This document shows, in pieces, positions 33,654 to 44,065 of a stretch of DNA of 64,000 nucleotides. The translations under genes and the position numbers were made by a program. Source of the stretch: Pseudomonadales bacterium. GTDB taxonomy: Bacteria; Pseudomonadota; Gammaproteobacteria; Pseudomonadales; GM7GCV1. The notes under the pieces were generated by a model. The model did no database searches. It worked only from the letters and a program-made list of their open reading frames with translations, and had not been told where the DNA came from. The stretch spans positions 697 through 64,696 of the forward strand of contig CBDBDZ010000001.1 of assembly GCA_965204215.1 (NCBI GenBank). The letters run 5' to 3'. Position 1 is the first letter of the stretch, and each line of letters opens with the position of its first letter.

Positions 33654-35197
33654 GGGAGTGTCATTTAAAGTGTGTAAACACTCCTAAAAATAGGTTGGCT
33701 GGCATGTAGTATCCCAACCAACCTCCTCAAGATCTCACAATCAAAACTGTATTGCAAGATTTTTATTTTACTGCTGTCATAGTGCTATGAAATACCCCAT
33801 CATGGGTGAAGTTCACAGCGAGTAGCCACGGGCCACCCGCGGCAATATCCCAAAGCAATTCTACCTCCCTACGTGCTTGTCCTTTTTACGCAGAGTCAGG
33901 GAAACGATCACTAAATTTAATTGCAAACTGATTTAGCGCGTTTTTCCAATCCCTAATTGGCATAGTCCATTTCTTTGAAACACCCCTTATGGCTAGGTAA
34001 AGCACTTTCATGAGTGAAGTTTCTGTGGGGAAGTGTCCCCTGTTTTTAACAGCTTTTCGCAAGGTGCGGTTTAGAGACTCAATAATATTCGTGGTATAAA
34101 TTACTTTGCGGATTTCTTTAGGATAGTCGAAAAACGGAATTATCTTGCTCCAGTTTTCACGCCATGATTTTATGATGGCAGCGTATTTTTCACCCCAAGT
34201 TAATTCAAAATCATCAAGGTATTCCTCTGCTAGTTCAACCGTATCAGCCGAGTAAATTTTCTTTAGCTCTGAGGCAACTAATTTTTTATCGGTATAAGGG
34301 ACATAGTTCAGTGAATGCCTGACCATATGAACAACGCATGTCTGAAAGATAGTCTTAGGAAAGCTTGCCTCTACTGCTTCAGGTAAACCTTTTAGGCCAT
34401 CTGCACATAAAATGAAGATGTCTTCCAGGCCACGATTCTTGAGCTCTGTTAATACTGACAACCAATATTTAGCACCTTCTGCTTCACCCAAGTACAGGCC
34501 TAGCACTTCCTTCTCACCGGCAGTATTAATACCAAAAATAACATACATTGTTCGCTTAGACACAGCCTTGTTTAACCGACAATTTGCTACGAATCCATCA
34601 ATAAAAACAATGGGGTAAAGCTTATTCAGGGGACGATTGCGCCACTCCTGCATTTCTTCAACTACGCCGTCGGTGATAGTCGATACCAAATCTTTAGAAA
34701 TTTCATGGTCGTACAACTCCTGCACATGCGCTTGAATATCACGCACTGTCATACCTTTGCCATACAAGGATAAAATGACGTCCTCAATACCTGATAATCG
34801 GGCTTTGCGCTTCTCGATAAGCTGCGGGTTAAACTCACTATTGCGGTCACGGGGAACAGTAATATCAATTTTACCGTTTTCTAGGAGCACTTTCTTGGTG
34901 CTGGTTCCATTGCGTGAATTACCGCTGTTATCTCCTTCTTTGGCATGTTTGGCATAACCCAGGTGGTGATCTAACTCAGACTCCAGCATACGCTCCACTA
35001 GCCGCTTTGAAAGAGCCTTTACCAGTCCGTCTTTACCAAAAATTTCATCAGCTGTCTTTGCATCACCGATAAGCTCGTCTAATATTTTATCAGAAATTGG
35101 CATATGTAAATTCCTTCTGCTCAATTAATATCCTGACCCAGTGAAGGGTTACAGGATACATGGTTAAAGGCATTTACACACTTAGGCGGACACTCCC
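33654..35197 (-). mobile_element. IS256-family element (1544 bp), copy 1
   Basis: GGGAGTGTC IRs; 8-bp TSD TGAATTAC. Confidence 0.93.
33886..35124 (-). CDS. IS256-family transposase
   Basis: PRDR..EF.P, VFIDG, DGLKGL, QTCVVH, IYTTNIIES. Confidence 0.94.
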   Translation of the reverse strand: MSRRNLHMPISDKILDELIGDAKTADEIFGKDGLVKALSKRLVERMLESELDHHLGYAKHAKEGDNSGNSRNGTSTKKVLLENGKIDITVPRDRNSEFNPQLIEKRKARLSGIEDVILSLYGKGMTVRDIQAHVQELYDHEISKDLVSTITDGVVEEMQEWRNRPLNKLYPIVFIDGFVANCRLNKAVSKRTMYVIFGINTAGEKEVLGLYLGEAEGAKYWLSVLTELKNRGLEDIFILCADGLKGLPEAVEASFPKTIFQTCVVHMVRHSLNYVPYTDKKLVASELKKIYSADTVELAEEYLDDFELTWGEKYAAIIKSWRENWSKIIPFFDYPKEIRKVIYTTNIIESLNRTLRKAVKNRGHFPTETSLMKVLYLAIRGVSKKWTMPIRDWKNALNQFAIKFSDRFPDSA

Positions 35198-35613
35198 TGA
35201 ATTACTTAAACAGGAGTCGTCTCTGTTTTGTATCTGGCATAGATTCAAGGATGGTCGTATTAATCGAGAAGAATTGTGTCATCTAGCTAAGCCGATTCGC
35301 AGAGCAGTGGGCGAATGTCTGGAGCAAGGACTTTACACGGCACCTGAACTTCGACTTGTGCGTTTATGCAAAATGCTGCTGGAGAACTTTGATGCTTTGT
35401 GGGTGTTCCTCGAAGTTGAAGGAGTTGAGCCAACCAATAATCATCAAGAATCCTTTCTATTATCTAGCCGATGTGGTTAGAAAATACTTCAGCGGTATGA
35501 CCGCACCACCATTGATTCCAGCGACTTAAGCTAGGGGCTGAGCTGTTACAAAAAATTATCTAAAATTTCTGGAGCTCATAGCAGACAAAAGCGCTAATGA
35601 ACTTAAATTATTA

Positions 35614-35829
35614 TTGGATTTTTTCTTGACTGCCAGTGAACAGCAAGCACTTGCAGATAGATTACAATTAATTAAGGTCTTAATGGACGGTAAACTATCA
35701 CAACGTGACATTGCAGCTCAATACAATATCAGTATCGCTAAGATCACACGTGGATCAAACATGCTCAAGACCTTGAGTAACACTCAACTCGCTAAATTGA
35801 GACTATTACTAAGCACAAACAAGGCTTAA
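35614..35829 (+). CDS. trpR: Trp repressor TrpR-like protein (5' end uncertain, possibly decayed)
   Basis: FLT..E..ALADR...LSQRDIA....ISIAKITRGSN.LK; frame stays open ~25 codons upstream without an ATG. Confidence 0.75.
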   Translation: MDFFLTASEQQALADRLQLIKVLMDGKLSQRDIAAQYNISIAKITRGSNMLKTLSNTQLAKLRLLLSTNKA

Positions 35830-35842
35830 GTTTATCCTGGCA

Positions 35843-37225
35843 CTATGCTTGTTTATGCAGCAAGTTAACGGCACATTTTTCATCAAGCCGTCCTTGCCAT
35901 TTAGCAATCACAATCGTTGCAATACAATTCCCTATCATATTGGTTATCGCACGTCCTTCAGACATAAACCTGTCAACGCCTAAGATGAGGATCACACCGG
36001 CTGTGGGTATGTGCCCTATCATACTCAAGGTTGCGGCAAGTATGATAAAACCGCTACCCGTAATACCCGCTGCCCCCTTTGAAGTCAACAACATCAAGCC
36101 CAACAAACCTAATTGTTGACCCAAACTTAAGTCAATCTGGAATGCTTGCGTGATATACATCGCCCCCATCGTTAAATAAATGCAAGTACCATCTAAGTTA
36201 AAAGAATAACCCACCGGTAACACCAAACTCACCACCGAACGATCGCACCCCAATCGCTCTAACTTAGTCAATAATAATGGCAACACTGACTCTGAAGATG
36301 AGGTGCCAAGTACAATTAATAATTCATCTTTAATATAGCGCAATAGACTAAAAATATTGATCCGACAGTAAAGCTTCAGCACCAAACCCAAACCAATAAC
36401 AATAAAGCCCACACACGTCAAATAAAAACATAACAACAAATAAGCCATCGGTATCAATGAACTCAAACCATATTTAGCAACCGTATAGCCCATCGCGGCA
36501 AAAGCACCAAAAGGTGCAAAACGTACGATGACCGCTATTATTTTAAAAAATATCTCTAGTAACAATTGTACGCCGTCAATAACCGGCTGTGCTCGCTGTC
36601 CTAATTGCAATAGAGCAACTGAAAATAAAACTGCGACTAATAAGATCTGCAAAATCTCACCGTCAACAAAAGCACTGACAAAAGTACTTGGCATTATATT
36701 CATTAAGAATTGAGAGAACGTGAGGGTTGTCAGTTGCTGATCCGTATATTGCTCAACATCCTTGCTATCAAAATCAGACAAATGTGCATCAACCCCAACA
36801 CCAGGCTGCAAGACATGCGTTAACACTAAGCCTATGCAAAGTGCAATAAAGGTCATACTGATAAAATACACTAAAGCACCACCACCAATTTTACCTGTGG
36901 TTTTAAGACTACGTACAGCCGTCATACCAGAGACTAACGACAAAAAGATAATCGGTGTGATAATCATCTTAATCGCTTTAATGAAGAAAAACGCCCAAAC
37001 TTTTAGCTGCAGTCCAAGCTCAGGCTCAAAAACGCCAAGCACAATACCCAAAACAATGGCTAACAAGACTTGTACATAGAGTTGCTTAAATAAAGGTTTT
37101 TTAGTCACTTGTGTCATCGTTGTTAGATCCATTCTTTTTTTTTCAACAACTATTAAATCGCCCGTATCCTCAACTGTCAAGCGTCGGATCATTACAAAAA
37201 TTAATCTTATCTGCCAGAAATGCAC
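35843..37225 (-). CDS. dctA: C4-dicarboxylate:H+ symporter (DAACS family); true start probably near 37120 (MTQVTKK)
   Basis: LYVQVL, LGTSSSES, GYSFNLDGT, TSKGAAG.TGSGF, GVDRFMSE. Confidence 0.92.
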   Translation of the reverse strand: MHFWQIRLIFVMIRRLTVEDTGDLIVVEKKRMDLTTMTQVTKKPLFKQLYVQVLLAIVLGIVLGVFEPELGLQLKVWAFFFIKAIKMIITPIIFLSLVSGMTAVRSLKTTGKIGGGALVYFISMTFIALCIGLVLTHVLQPGVGVDAHLSDFDSKDVEQYTDQQLTTLTFSQFLMNIMPSTFVSAFVDGEILQILLVAVLFSVALLQLGQRAQPVIDGVQLLLEIFFKIIAVIVRFAPFGAFAAMGYTVAKYGLSSLIPMAYLLLCFYLTCVGFIVIGLGLVLKLYCRINIFSLLRYIKDELLIVLGTSSSESVLPLLLTKLERLGCDRSVVSLVLPVGYSFNLDGTCIYLTMGAMYITQAFQIDLSLGQQLGLLGLMLLTSKGAAGITGSGFIILAATLSMIGHIPTAGVILILGVDRFMSEGRAITNMIGNCIATIVIAKWQGRLDEKCAVNLLHKQA

Positions 37226-37290
37226 AAATTACCTTGCAAATCAACAAGCATCTTTTTAGAATACAAAGCCTTAGTAATAAGGTAAACCTC

Positions 37291-37339
37291 ATGCATATTC
37301 ACATCATCCAACACGCAGCCTTTGAACCTAGTGGAACCA
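37291..37339 (+). pseudogene. N-terminal stub of a class I glutamine amidotransferase
   Basis: MHIHIIQHAAFEPSG resembles the QH..FE..G start of that family; cut at GGGGTCC. Confidence 0.5.
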
Positions 37340-37377
37340 GGGGTCCGACCCCGATTCGGGTAATTTAGGGTTAAATC
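37340..37377 (+). repeat. Possible orphan Tn3-type terminal IR
   Basis: GGGGTCCGACCCCG...GGGTTAAAT at a gene-truncating junction; no partner found. Confidence 0.4.
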
Positions 37378-37405
37378 TATCTGTGTGTTTGTAAATTGAT
37401 CAAGA

Positions 37406-37942
37406 TTAATACTTGCGGGACTGTAAATCATCTAGTGCCATATGGACATGCTCGCAAAAACTATCAAGTATTTCGTGTGAATCATCGAATTTTTGATCAA
37501 GTAAATTTGTTAACAGCGCCTCTACTGCGCGCAATAGCATTTCTGGTTTTCTCAGCGGTAGCGGTAACTCATGAAGACTTTTATAAAGCGTTGTCGATAG
37601 TTGTTGACCCAAATAATTCATTGCGGTCGCTGGATCATCTTCATCGACATTGGAAACTGAGTAATGCAACGATCCGGTTTCATCTTGCATTTTTTTGATC
37701 TTACGTAACCCGCCTTCTTTTGCTGCAGCTTCAATATCAGCGTAAATTAGCAGCGCACTGCCTGGTAAATCTAACTCTGCCAAGTCAATTGCAGTCGATA
37801 TCACCCCTAATAAAAAAACTTTAACAACTTTAGTGAAGTCGACTTCATCGGATTGATCGCGCTCGGTTAACTTATGCAATTTTAATAGTGCTCTCGTCAT
37901 CTCTTGACTGATCTCATCAGTTATTTCCTTGGTGCTTGTCAT
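37406..37942 (-). CDS. Hypothetical protein coupled to kfrA
   Basis: 178-aa ORF, ATGA overlap. Confidence 0.75.
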   Translation of the reverse strand: MTSTKEITDEISQEMTRALLKLHKLTERDQSDEVDFTKVVKVFLLGVISTAIDLAELDLPGSALLIYADIEAAAKEGGLRKIKKMQDETGSLHYSVSNVDEDDPATAMNYLGQQLSTTLYKSLHELPLPLRKPEMLLRAVEALLTNLLDQKFDDSHEILDSFCEHVHMALDDLQSRKY

Positions 37943-38907
37943 GCTGACTCTGTCATGTTGGGTTTATCCTTCTTTGTCGCTGCAATCAAATGCGTGATCC
38001 GCTCTTGAAGTGTTGCGATATTATCTGTGGCTTGATGAAGTTTTTCATCAGTTAGGATAAGTTTTGCTTTCAGATCTTTGTTTTCTGCTTTATTTTGCTC
38101 AAAGGCCGTCTGTTGTTTTAGGTGATCTCTTTGCAGTTCAGCGAATTTGCCTTGCACATCATTGAGCTTTGACTGTTGTCTTTTGATTTTATTTTCATAG
38201 GATTGTCGTTGTTTATCGGTTTCCGTTCGCGCTTGATCGACCAGCTTCATCCAGCGAGTTTCAGAGCCAGATTGTCGTTCTCGTTCTTGCTCAATTTTAT
38301 TTTGATACTTATTACTTTGTTCAACAAGTTGATGATTTAGCGTGCTAATCTCTAACGTTAATTTTTCTGACCGCTCAATGAGGCTATTATTCTCTTCACG
38401 TAGCCGGGTTATGCGCTTATCGTGCTGCTGCTGAGTGGCTTCATGAGCTTGTAGGTGATGTTGCGTTTGTTCTTGGCTCACCGCCAGTGCGGTTTGCAGT
38501 TGTTGTATCGTATTGGCTTGTTGCTCTGTTTTGATCTGCGTCTCTGCCAGTTGTGTGCGCAGCTCTGCAATGAGTTTTTCGATCGCAGTTTTATCTACGC
38601 AGAGTTGGGCTTGTTGTTGATCCAGATCCGCTTTGACTTCGGTTAATTGCTGCGTTGCCTGTGCCATTGCCGTTTGCCAAAGGGTTTCCATGGCGGCAAT
38701 CAGCTCTTGGGGCATATTCGCGGGTAAGTATTGGATTTGTTGATTTGCGTATTCTTGTCGCCAGACTTTCAGATGCTCCGCAATGGTGGTGTGGCTACCT
38801 GTGCCAAGCACATCTCTTATTTTTTGGACAGAAGGTGAATTGCCTTGGCTGAGCAATTTCACCGCTGTTTGTTTCACAGTATCGTAATCCACGCCGGTTC
38901 TTGGCAT
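37939..38907 (-). CDS. KfrA-like plasmid DNA-binding coiled-coil protein
   Basis: A..L..QG..PSV..IR..LGTGS.TTI..HLK.W N-domain followed by a long coiled coil. Confidence 0.88.
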   Translation of the reverse strand: MPRTGVDYDTVKQTAVKLLSQGNSPSVQKIRDVLGTGSHTTIAEHLKVWRQEYANQQIQYLPANMPQELIAAMETLWQTAMAQATQQLTEVKADLDQQQAQLCVDKTAIEKLIAELRTQLAETQIKTEQQANTIQQLQTALAVSQEQTQHHLQAHEATQQQHDKRITRLREENNSLIERSEKLTLEISTLNHQLVEQSNKYQNKIEQERERQSGSETRWMKLVDQARTETDKQRQSYENKIKRQQSKLNDVQGKFAELQRDHLKQQTAFEQNKAENKDLKAKLILTDEKLHQATDNIATLQERITHLIAATKKDKPNMTESA

Positions 38908-39908
38908 TGTGTTTTATTCCCAGTGTTTTCAACTAAAAATGATAATAGCATGTTTTAACGTAATACGTCAGACATGCTAATTCATCATGTTAAAAACTAA
39001 AACTTCACGATTAGCAAATTTATCTTGCGTAAAAAAATATCGTTGCTTAGGCGGCATAATTACGCAACATGAAGCGTTTGTTTTTGCACAGTGAAAATCA
39101 TCTAGTCGGCTGATTAAGCTATCACCAAGAGCACAAATAGTTGACAATAACGAGATGAGACAAATTAAATCTCATTGAACGCTGAAACAAAGGTAGTTGA
39201 CTAAAATTAATAAAGCAATTACCCCTGTCTCAGCTAACAACACCATCATTATTATACGGGGTCATGACAATGAAGCAATACGCTGGAATAGATTTACATT
39301 CAAATAACGCCTACCTGGTCATTATTGATGAGCAAGATCAAGTATTGTATGAGAAACGCCATGCAAATGATCTTCACTCGATAACCAAGGCACTTGCTCC
39401 TCACAAACCTTATTTAGAAAAAATTGCTGTTGAATCAACTTACAACTGGTTTTGGTTAGCAGATGGATTACAAGACTTATCTTATCCTATCAGCTTAGTG
39501 AATCCTGCGGCTCTCAATCAGTATAGCGGTATCAAATACACAGATGACAAAAGTGATGCTCGTTGGTTAGCAAATTTATCACGCCTAAATATTTTACCAG
39601 AGGCTTATATTTATCCTCGTGAACAGAGACTTGTGCGAGATAAGTTAAGAAGGCGACATTTTTTAGTACAGCAAAGAACAGCGAACCTGGTGAGCCTACA
39701 ATCTTTGCTGGTTCGATATAAAAACGTTAAGATTTCTGGGGACAAATTAAGAAAATTGGCATCAGATGACCTATTAAAATACATTGAGGAGCCTGAATTA
39801 TTGTTCAATGCAAAAGCCCAGTTGAATATCATCCATACATTGCAAAAAGAAATCATCTTCTTAGAAAAAAATTTGATTAATGATGCGAAATGTAGTCTTG
39901 TTTTCAAA

Positions 39909-40165
39909 CGCTGCGAGCCATGGAAGGGCCGAATGGCCCGATGGCGAGTAGTCCGCGGTAGCCGGCGATTTTCTGCAGAGCGCAGCGAGTGCAAGAAAAT
40001 CTTTATGCCGGCGTAGAGTCATGCGAGAGCCGGTGCGCAGTGTGCGAAGTACACGTAGCGCCGGTGACGCGGACGGCCGCGGCATGATAGAGTCGTCGCG
40101 CTAGAGCGAACGGCGCTGAGGGGTCACGACGGCCGAAGCGCATCCGGAGCAGCGCGACACGCTTG
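39909..40165 (+). mobile_element. 257-bp GC-rich element, copy 2
   Basis: Same sequence as copy 1; between TTCAAA and CTGTTA, no TSD. Confidence 0.93.
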
Positions 40166-40359
40166 CTGTTAAAAACAATTCCTGGTGTTGGTAATATTTT
40201 AGCAATGACTATTGAGCTAGAGACAGGTGATATTGCCAGGTTCAGCAATGTTGGCAATTATGGTTCTTACTGTCGCTTGGTGACCTCCCCCCAATAAACT
40301 GGACTACTTTGAATTAGAGGGATCTGGCAAAATCTACGACGAAGACGAAGGAGTTTGTC

Positions 40360-40623
40360 ATGAAAAAGCGATATACTGAGCAACAAATAGCCTATGCACT
40401 TAAGCAATCTGAGACTGGGGTTACCATTGCAGAGATTGTTCGAAAAATGGGTATATCTGAAGCCACCTTTTATAACTGGAAGAAACGCTACAGTGGTTTA
40501 ACTGGCATGGAGCTTAGAAAGCTAAAGCAAATCGAAGATGAAAACCGCCAGCTGAAAAAGCTTGTAGCTGAACTCAGTCTGGATAAGCAGATGTTACAGG
40601 ACATCCTATCAAAAAAGGATTAA
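40360..40623 (+). CDS. IS3-family transposase OrfA
   Basis: Same protein as 15339..15602. Confidence 0.92.
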   Translation: MKKRYTEQQIAYALKQSETGVTIAEIVRKMGISEATFYNWKKRYSGLTGMELRKLKQIEDENRQLKKLVAELSLDKQMLQDILSKKD

Positions 40624-40685
40624 AGCCAGCCGCCAAAAAGGAAAAAGTTGAATATCTTCGCCATGCTTATCGGGTAAGCCTGAAT

Positions 40686-41453
40686 GTGGCCTGTAAGGCG
40701 ATGATGTTAAGTAAGAGCGGCTATTACTATCGTCCCATTAAAGATACGCAGGAAGCACTGCGTAAGCGTATCAAAGAAATAGCAGGTTCACGAGTTCGCT
40801 ATGGTTACCAGCGAATTTATGTTCTGCTAAGGCGAGAGGGCTGGCAAGTTAATCATAAACGTGTTTATCGGCTTTATAAGCAAGAAGGGCTAAGTTTACG
40901 CTTTAAACGGCCTAAACGGCGAGTCAGCGCAGCCCATCGAATGGAAAGGTCGCTACTGACGACTAAAGACCAATGTTGGTCGATGGACTTTGTTGCCGAT
41001 CAGCTGTTCAATGGGCGACGATTACGATCACTAACTATAGTAGATAATTTTAGTCGAGAGTGTATAGCGATCACAGTGGATCATAGCTTAAAAGGGAAAG
41101 ATGTGGTTAATACAATGACAGTTATCTATGAATTAACTGGGCGCAAGCCAGAGCGGATACAAGCCGATAATGGCAGTGAGTTCATTTCAAAAGTCATGGA
41201 TAAATGGGCTTATGAGCATGGGGTTACGTTAGATTTTTCAAGACCAGGGAAACCAACAGATAATGCATTTATTGAGTCATTCAATGGCAGTTTCAGAGAT
41301 GAATGTCTGAATGCTCATTGGTTCTTGTCATTGGCCGATGCTCGTGAAAAGATAGAAGCCTGGAGACAAGATTATAATGAATTCAGGCCGCATAGTTCAT
41401 TAAATAATTTGACGCCACATGAATTTTTAAACTATCATCACGCAAGTTCCTAG
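40686..41453 (+). CDS. IS3-family transposase OrfB
   Basis: Same protein as 15665..16432. Confidence 0.92.
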   Translation: MACKAMMLSKSGYYYRPIKDTQEALRKRIKEIAGSRVRYGYQRIYVLLRREGWQVNHKRVYRLYKQEGLSLRFKRPKRRVSAAHRMERSLLTTKDQCWSMDFVADQLFNGRRLRSLTIVDNFSRECIAITVDHSLKGKDVVNTMTVIYELTGRKPERIQADNGSEFISKVMDKWAYEHGVTLDFSRPGKPTDNAFIESFNGSFRDECLNAHWFLSLADAREKIEAWRQDYNEFRPHSSLNNLTPHEFLNYHHASS

Positions 41454-42359
41454 TGAACTATCAACGCCAGATTTCTCTAAAAGTGCTGGTTCAGGAAATG
41501 GGTGAGGCTCACAACGCCAGATTTCTCTAAAAGTGCTGGTTCAGGAAATGGGTGAGGCTCATTGGTAAGCAGCATACGTATTAGCAATGGTAAAAAGAAA
41601 GGTTCAAATAACAGTAAAAATGGTAATAGCACGTTGTCCTGGGCATACCGTGAAGCAGCAAATTTTGCGATCCGATTTTATCCAGAAATAAAAAAAGACT
41701 ACCAAAGAAAATCAAATAAAGTACACAAAATATCAGCATTGAATGCAATAGCTCATAAATTAGCTAGAGCGAGCTACTACGTTATGTCCAAACAAACACC
41801 ATTTGAGATTAAAAGATGTTTTAGCTAAGGGTTTGGTTGTCTAGATACAACCAAGGAATACACTAGCTTGAGCTAAGGTAGTGAGTGGCTATTTAGACAA
41901 CCGCCACGATAAAAGGTTTGAGGAACGCCCATGCAATAAGCCAACGAAAAGCTGGAACTTCGATAAAATGTCGAAGTAACCAAAGTTGTGTTTGAGTCAG
42001 CAATCTAATTTGGCTCGATGAATAATGGATATTGTCATGGTACCGATGATTTTATGGGGCAGAAATGCTAAGGAATCGAAATATTTTATATTGAAAATTC
42101 TAAATCCAGATGAGTGTGTGATGCGATCTTCTCTAAACTAGATTTACAGAATCGCCATCAGAATTTAAAAATACGGGTGCAGGACGATAATTTTTTTGTG
42201 GCTTATACATTTGCAAAAAACAAACACTTAAAATTTAAGGTGGAGTAGGCTTTTTTTATTGACAAATGCCGACTAATGAGAGTGTATTGTTCTCTTATCG
42301 CGCAGATTGTTGTATTTTCCTAGCGCCTTTTTTTGAAGCATTTCAGTTATGGTTTTTAG

Positions 42360-42368
42360 TTATCCACA
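42360..42368 (+). promoter_or_regulatory. DnaA box upstream of repB
   Basis: Perfect TTATCCACA about 200 bp before the Rep_3 gene. Confidence 0.6.
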
Positions 42369-42573
42369 AGCTCCTCGCGCGCGGTGTATTTTATTACATG
42401 TTTAGTCTTGTTTAGGGAATTTGCCTAAATCGGCTAAAAACCAATAAAAACAAGGGCTTTACTGTGGTTAAAAAGCAGACAAGTGTAAGCAATTCAGTGT
42501 GAACCGTAAGATTGTTGACTAAGTTACAAAAACAATCATAATGGGAAAAGTTGAAACGCTTACAGATGGTTAA

Positions 42574-43428
42574 ATGAAGAGTCTTGTCACAAAACATAAT
42601 GCATTAATTAAAGCCAGTTATCGGCTCACTTTAAGTGAAATACGGCTAATCCTGTATGGCGTAAGTTTAATCAATCCGGTGAAAAATGAATGCCCCTTGG
42701 CCTATATCATTGACGTTGGAAGCTATGCTGAAATGTTTAATCTTGATAAAAATCACCTATACCAAGAAATCAAAGATACAGCTAGAAAAAATTTATTTCG
42801 TAGGGAATTTAGTTATGATATTGGCGATGGCAAAACAAGAATAACAAGTTGGTTAAGCGCGATTGATTATCAAAACGAAAGTGGTTATTTAAAATTATAT
42901 TTTACTGAAACAATTAAGCCATTATTGCATCAAATTAAAAAAATTTTTACCACCTATTACATTGAACAAATATCCAAATTTAGTAGCGTTTATTCTGTTA
43001 GAATTTATGAGCAATCACTAATGTTTCTGAAAAAATCAAAAAAGGATCTGGTGATTTATAAAATAAAGATAAGTAAACTAAAATCCATGCTGGGAATCTC
43101 AGATAAATATAAACATTTCCCAAATTTTAGAAAATATGTTTTAGAAAAATCAAAAAGTGATTTAACTATTAAATTTGATGTTATGAAATCCGGAAGATCA
43201 CCACACGAAATTAAATTTACAGTAACACGAAAAAAAGAACCTCGACAAATGCTAAAGGTATCATTAGCAGCTATAGAAAAAGCTCAACAAATTAACGTCC
43301 AGCATGGTTCTATGCTAGATATATATGTTGTTGAACAACAATTTTACGAGTATAGCAAAACTAAAGGATTGCCTAAAAATACAGATTCTGCTTTTATTGG
43401 ATTTGTTAAGAAAAAACTCAAACCATGA
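42574..43428 (+). CDS. repB: Rep_3/RepB-family plasmid replication initiator
   Basis: VTKHNALIKASYRLTLSE.RLI, FT.Y, S.YSVRIYE, Y....NFRKYVL. Confidence 0.88.
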   Translation: MKSLVTKHNALIKASYRLTLSEIRLILYGVSLINPVKNECPLAYIIDVGSYAEMFNLDKNHLYQEIKDTARKNLFRREFSYDIGDGKTRITSWLSAIDYQNESGYLKLYFTETIKPLLHQIKKIFTTYYIEQISKFSSVYSVRIYEQSLMFLKKSKKDLVIYKIKISKLKSMLGISDKYKHFPNFRKYVLEKSKSDLTIKFDVMKSGRSPHEIKFTVTRKKEPRQMLKVSLAAIEKAQQINVQHGSMLDIYVVEQQFYEYSKTKGLPKNTDSAFIGFVKKKLKP

Positions 43429-43444
43429 AATTTAAGGAGCCCTC

Positions 43445-43777
43445 ATGCCTATTTCTCAAAGTCATCAATATAACCCCGTATCTTTTGATACGCTCAGCTA
43501 TGCTAAACGATTACAAAACTCTGGTTTTACCCAAGAGCAGGCAGAAATACAAGCAGAAACTTTTTTTAACATTATCCAAGATCAGTTGGTCAGCAAGCGA
43601 GATCTTTATGATGTTGAAAAAAATCTAAAATTTGATATGGAAAACATTAGAAAAGATTTACGCTTTGAAATAAGCAATTTAAGCAAAGAATTAAAAATTT
43701 GGTTTGGTGGTATGTTAGTGATTGTGATAGGCGTTCTATCCGGAATAATGACTTTAATTGTACATTTACCAACTTAG
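43445..43777 (+). CDS. DUF1640/CCDC90-like coiled-coil membrane-anchored protein
   Basis: FDTLSYAKRL...GFT.EQAE, LVSK.DL, C-terminal hydrophobic helix. Confidence 0.85.
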   Translation: MPISQSHQYNPVSFDTLSYAKRLQNSGFTQEQAEIQAETFFNIIQDQLVSKRDLYDVEKNLKFDMENIRKDLRFEISNLSKELKIWFGGMLVIVIGVLSGIMTLIVHLPT

Positions 43778-44065
43778 CTGATGCTGACCCGCTATTCTGT
43801 ATATTTTCCACGCATCTGTATATTTTCCACGCAAAGGAGCCATACAGATGGAACCAGCGGATCAGCTAATTGATATTTTTTTGCCAGGTAGATGATTTTT
43901 GCAATGAAGGATGTCAAAATCACGAAAATTACATATATACGGTTACATAGGGTTTTTGTAGATGTGTTTAGCATAAGTTTTTGTTAAGGCGATGAGATTT
44001 TTTGTAATTGATGTACTTTTTATTGGCAGGATCTGTTTTTCGTATATATACAACAGGAGCTACCT

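Larger units (their letters stand above)
33508..35445 (+). pseudogene. Fragment of a second IS66-family (ISBst12-like) transposase, split by IS256
   Basis: ITDRYSIY...QFCWAHLKRDF before IS256; ...LWVFLEVEGVEPTNNH after it. Confidence 0.75.
40281..41561 (+). mobile_element. IS3-family (IS407-like) element, copy 2, with its last 50 bp tandemly duplicated
   Basis: Matches 15260..16490; TTGG flanks; 41462-41511 repeated at 41512-41561. Confidence 0.9.
39264..41828 (+). pseudogene. IS110-family transposase split by the 257-bp element and an IS3
   Basis: GIDLH, AVEST, KYTDDKSDA, TIPGVG, SNGK; one frame is restored when both inserts are removed. Confidence 0.9.
39094..42284 (+). mobile_element. 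IS110/IS1111-type element, doubly interrupted (ends approximate)
   Basis: Sub-terminal IR TAGTCGGC (39103) / GCCGACTA (42268), AGTG beside both ends, long 3' non-coding region. Confidence 0.65.

Noticed and set aside
43796-43833. 19-bp tandem duplication TCTGTATATTTTCCACGCA
   Set aside because: Only two units, downstream of repB; not enough to call iterons
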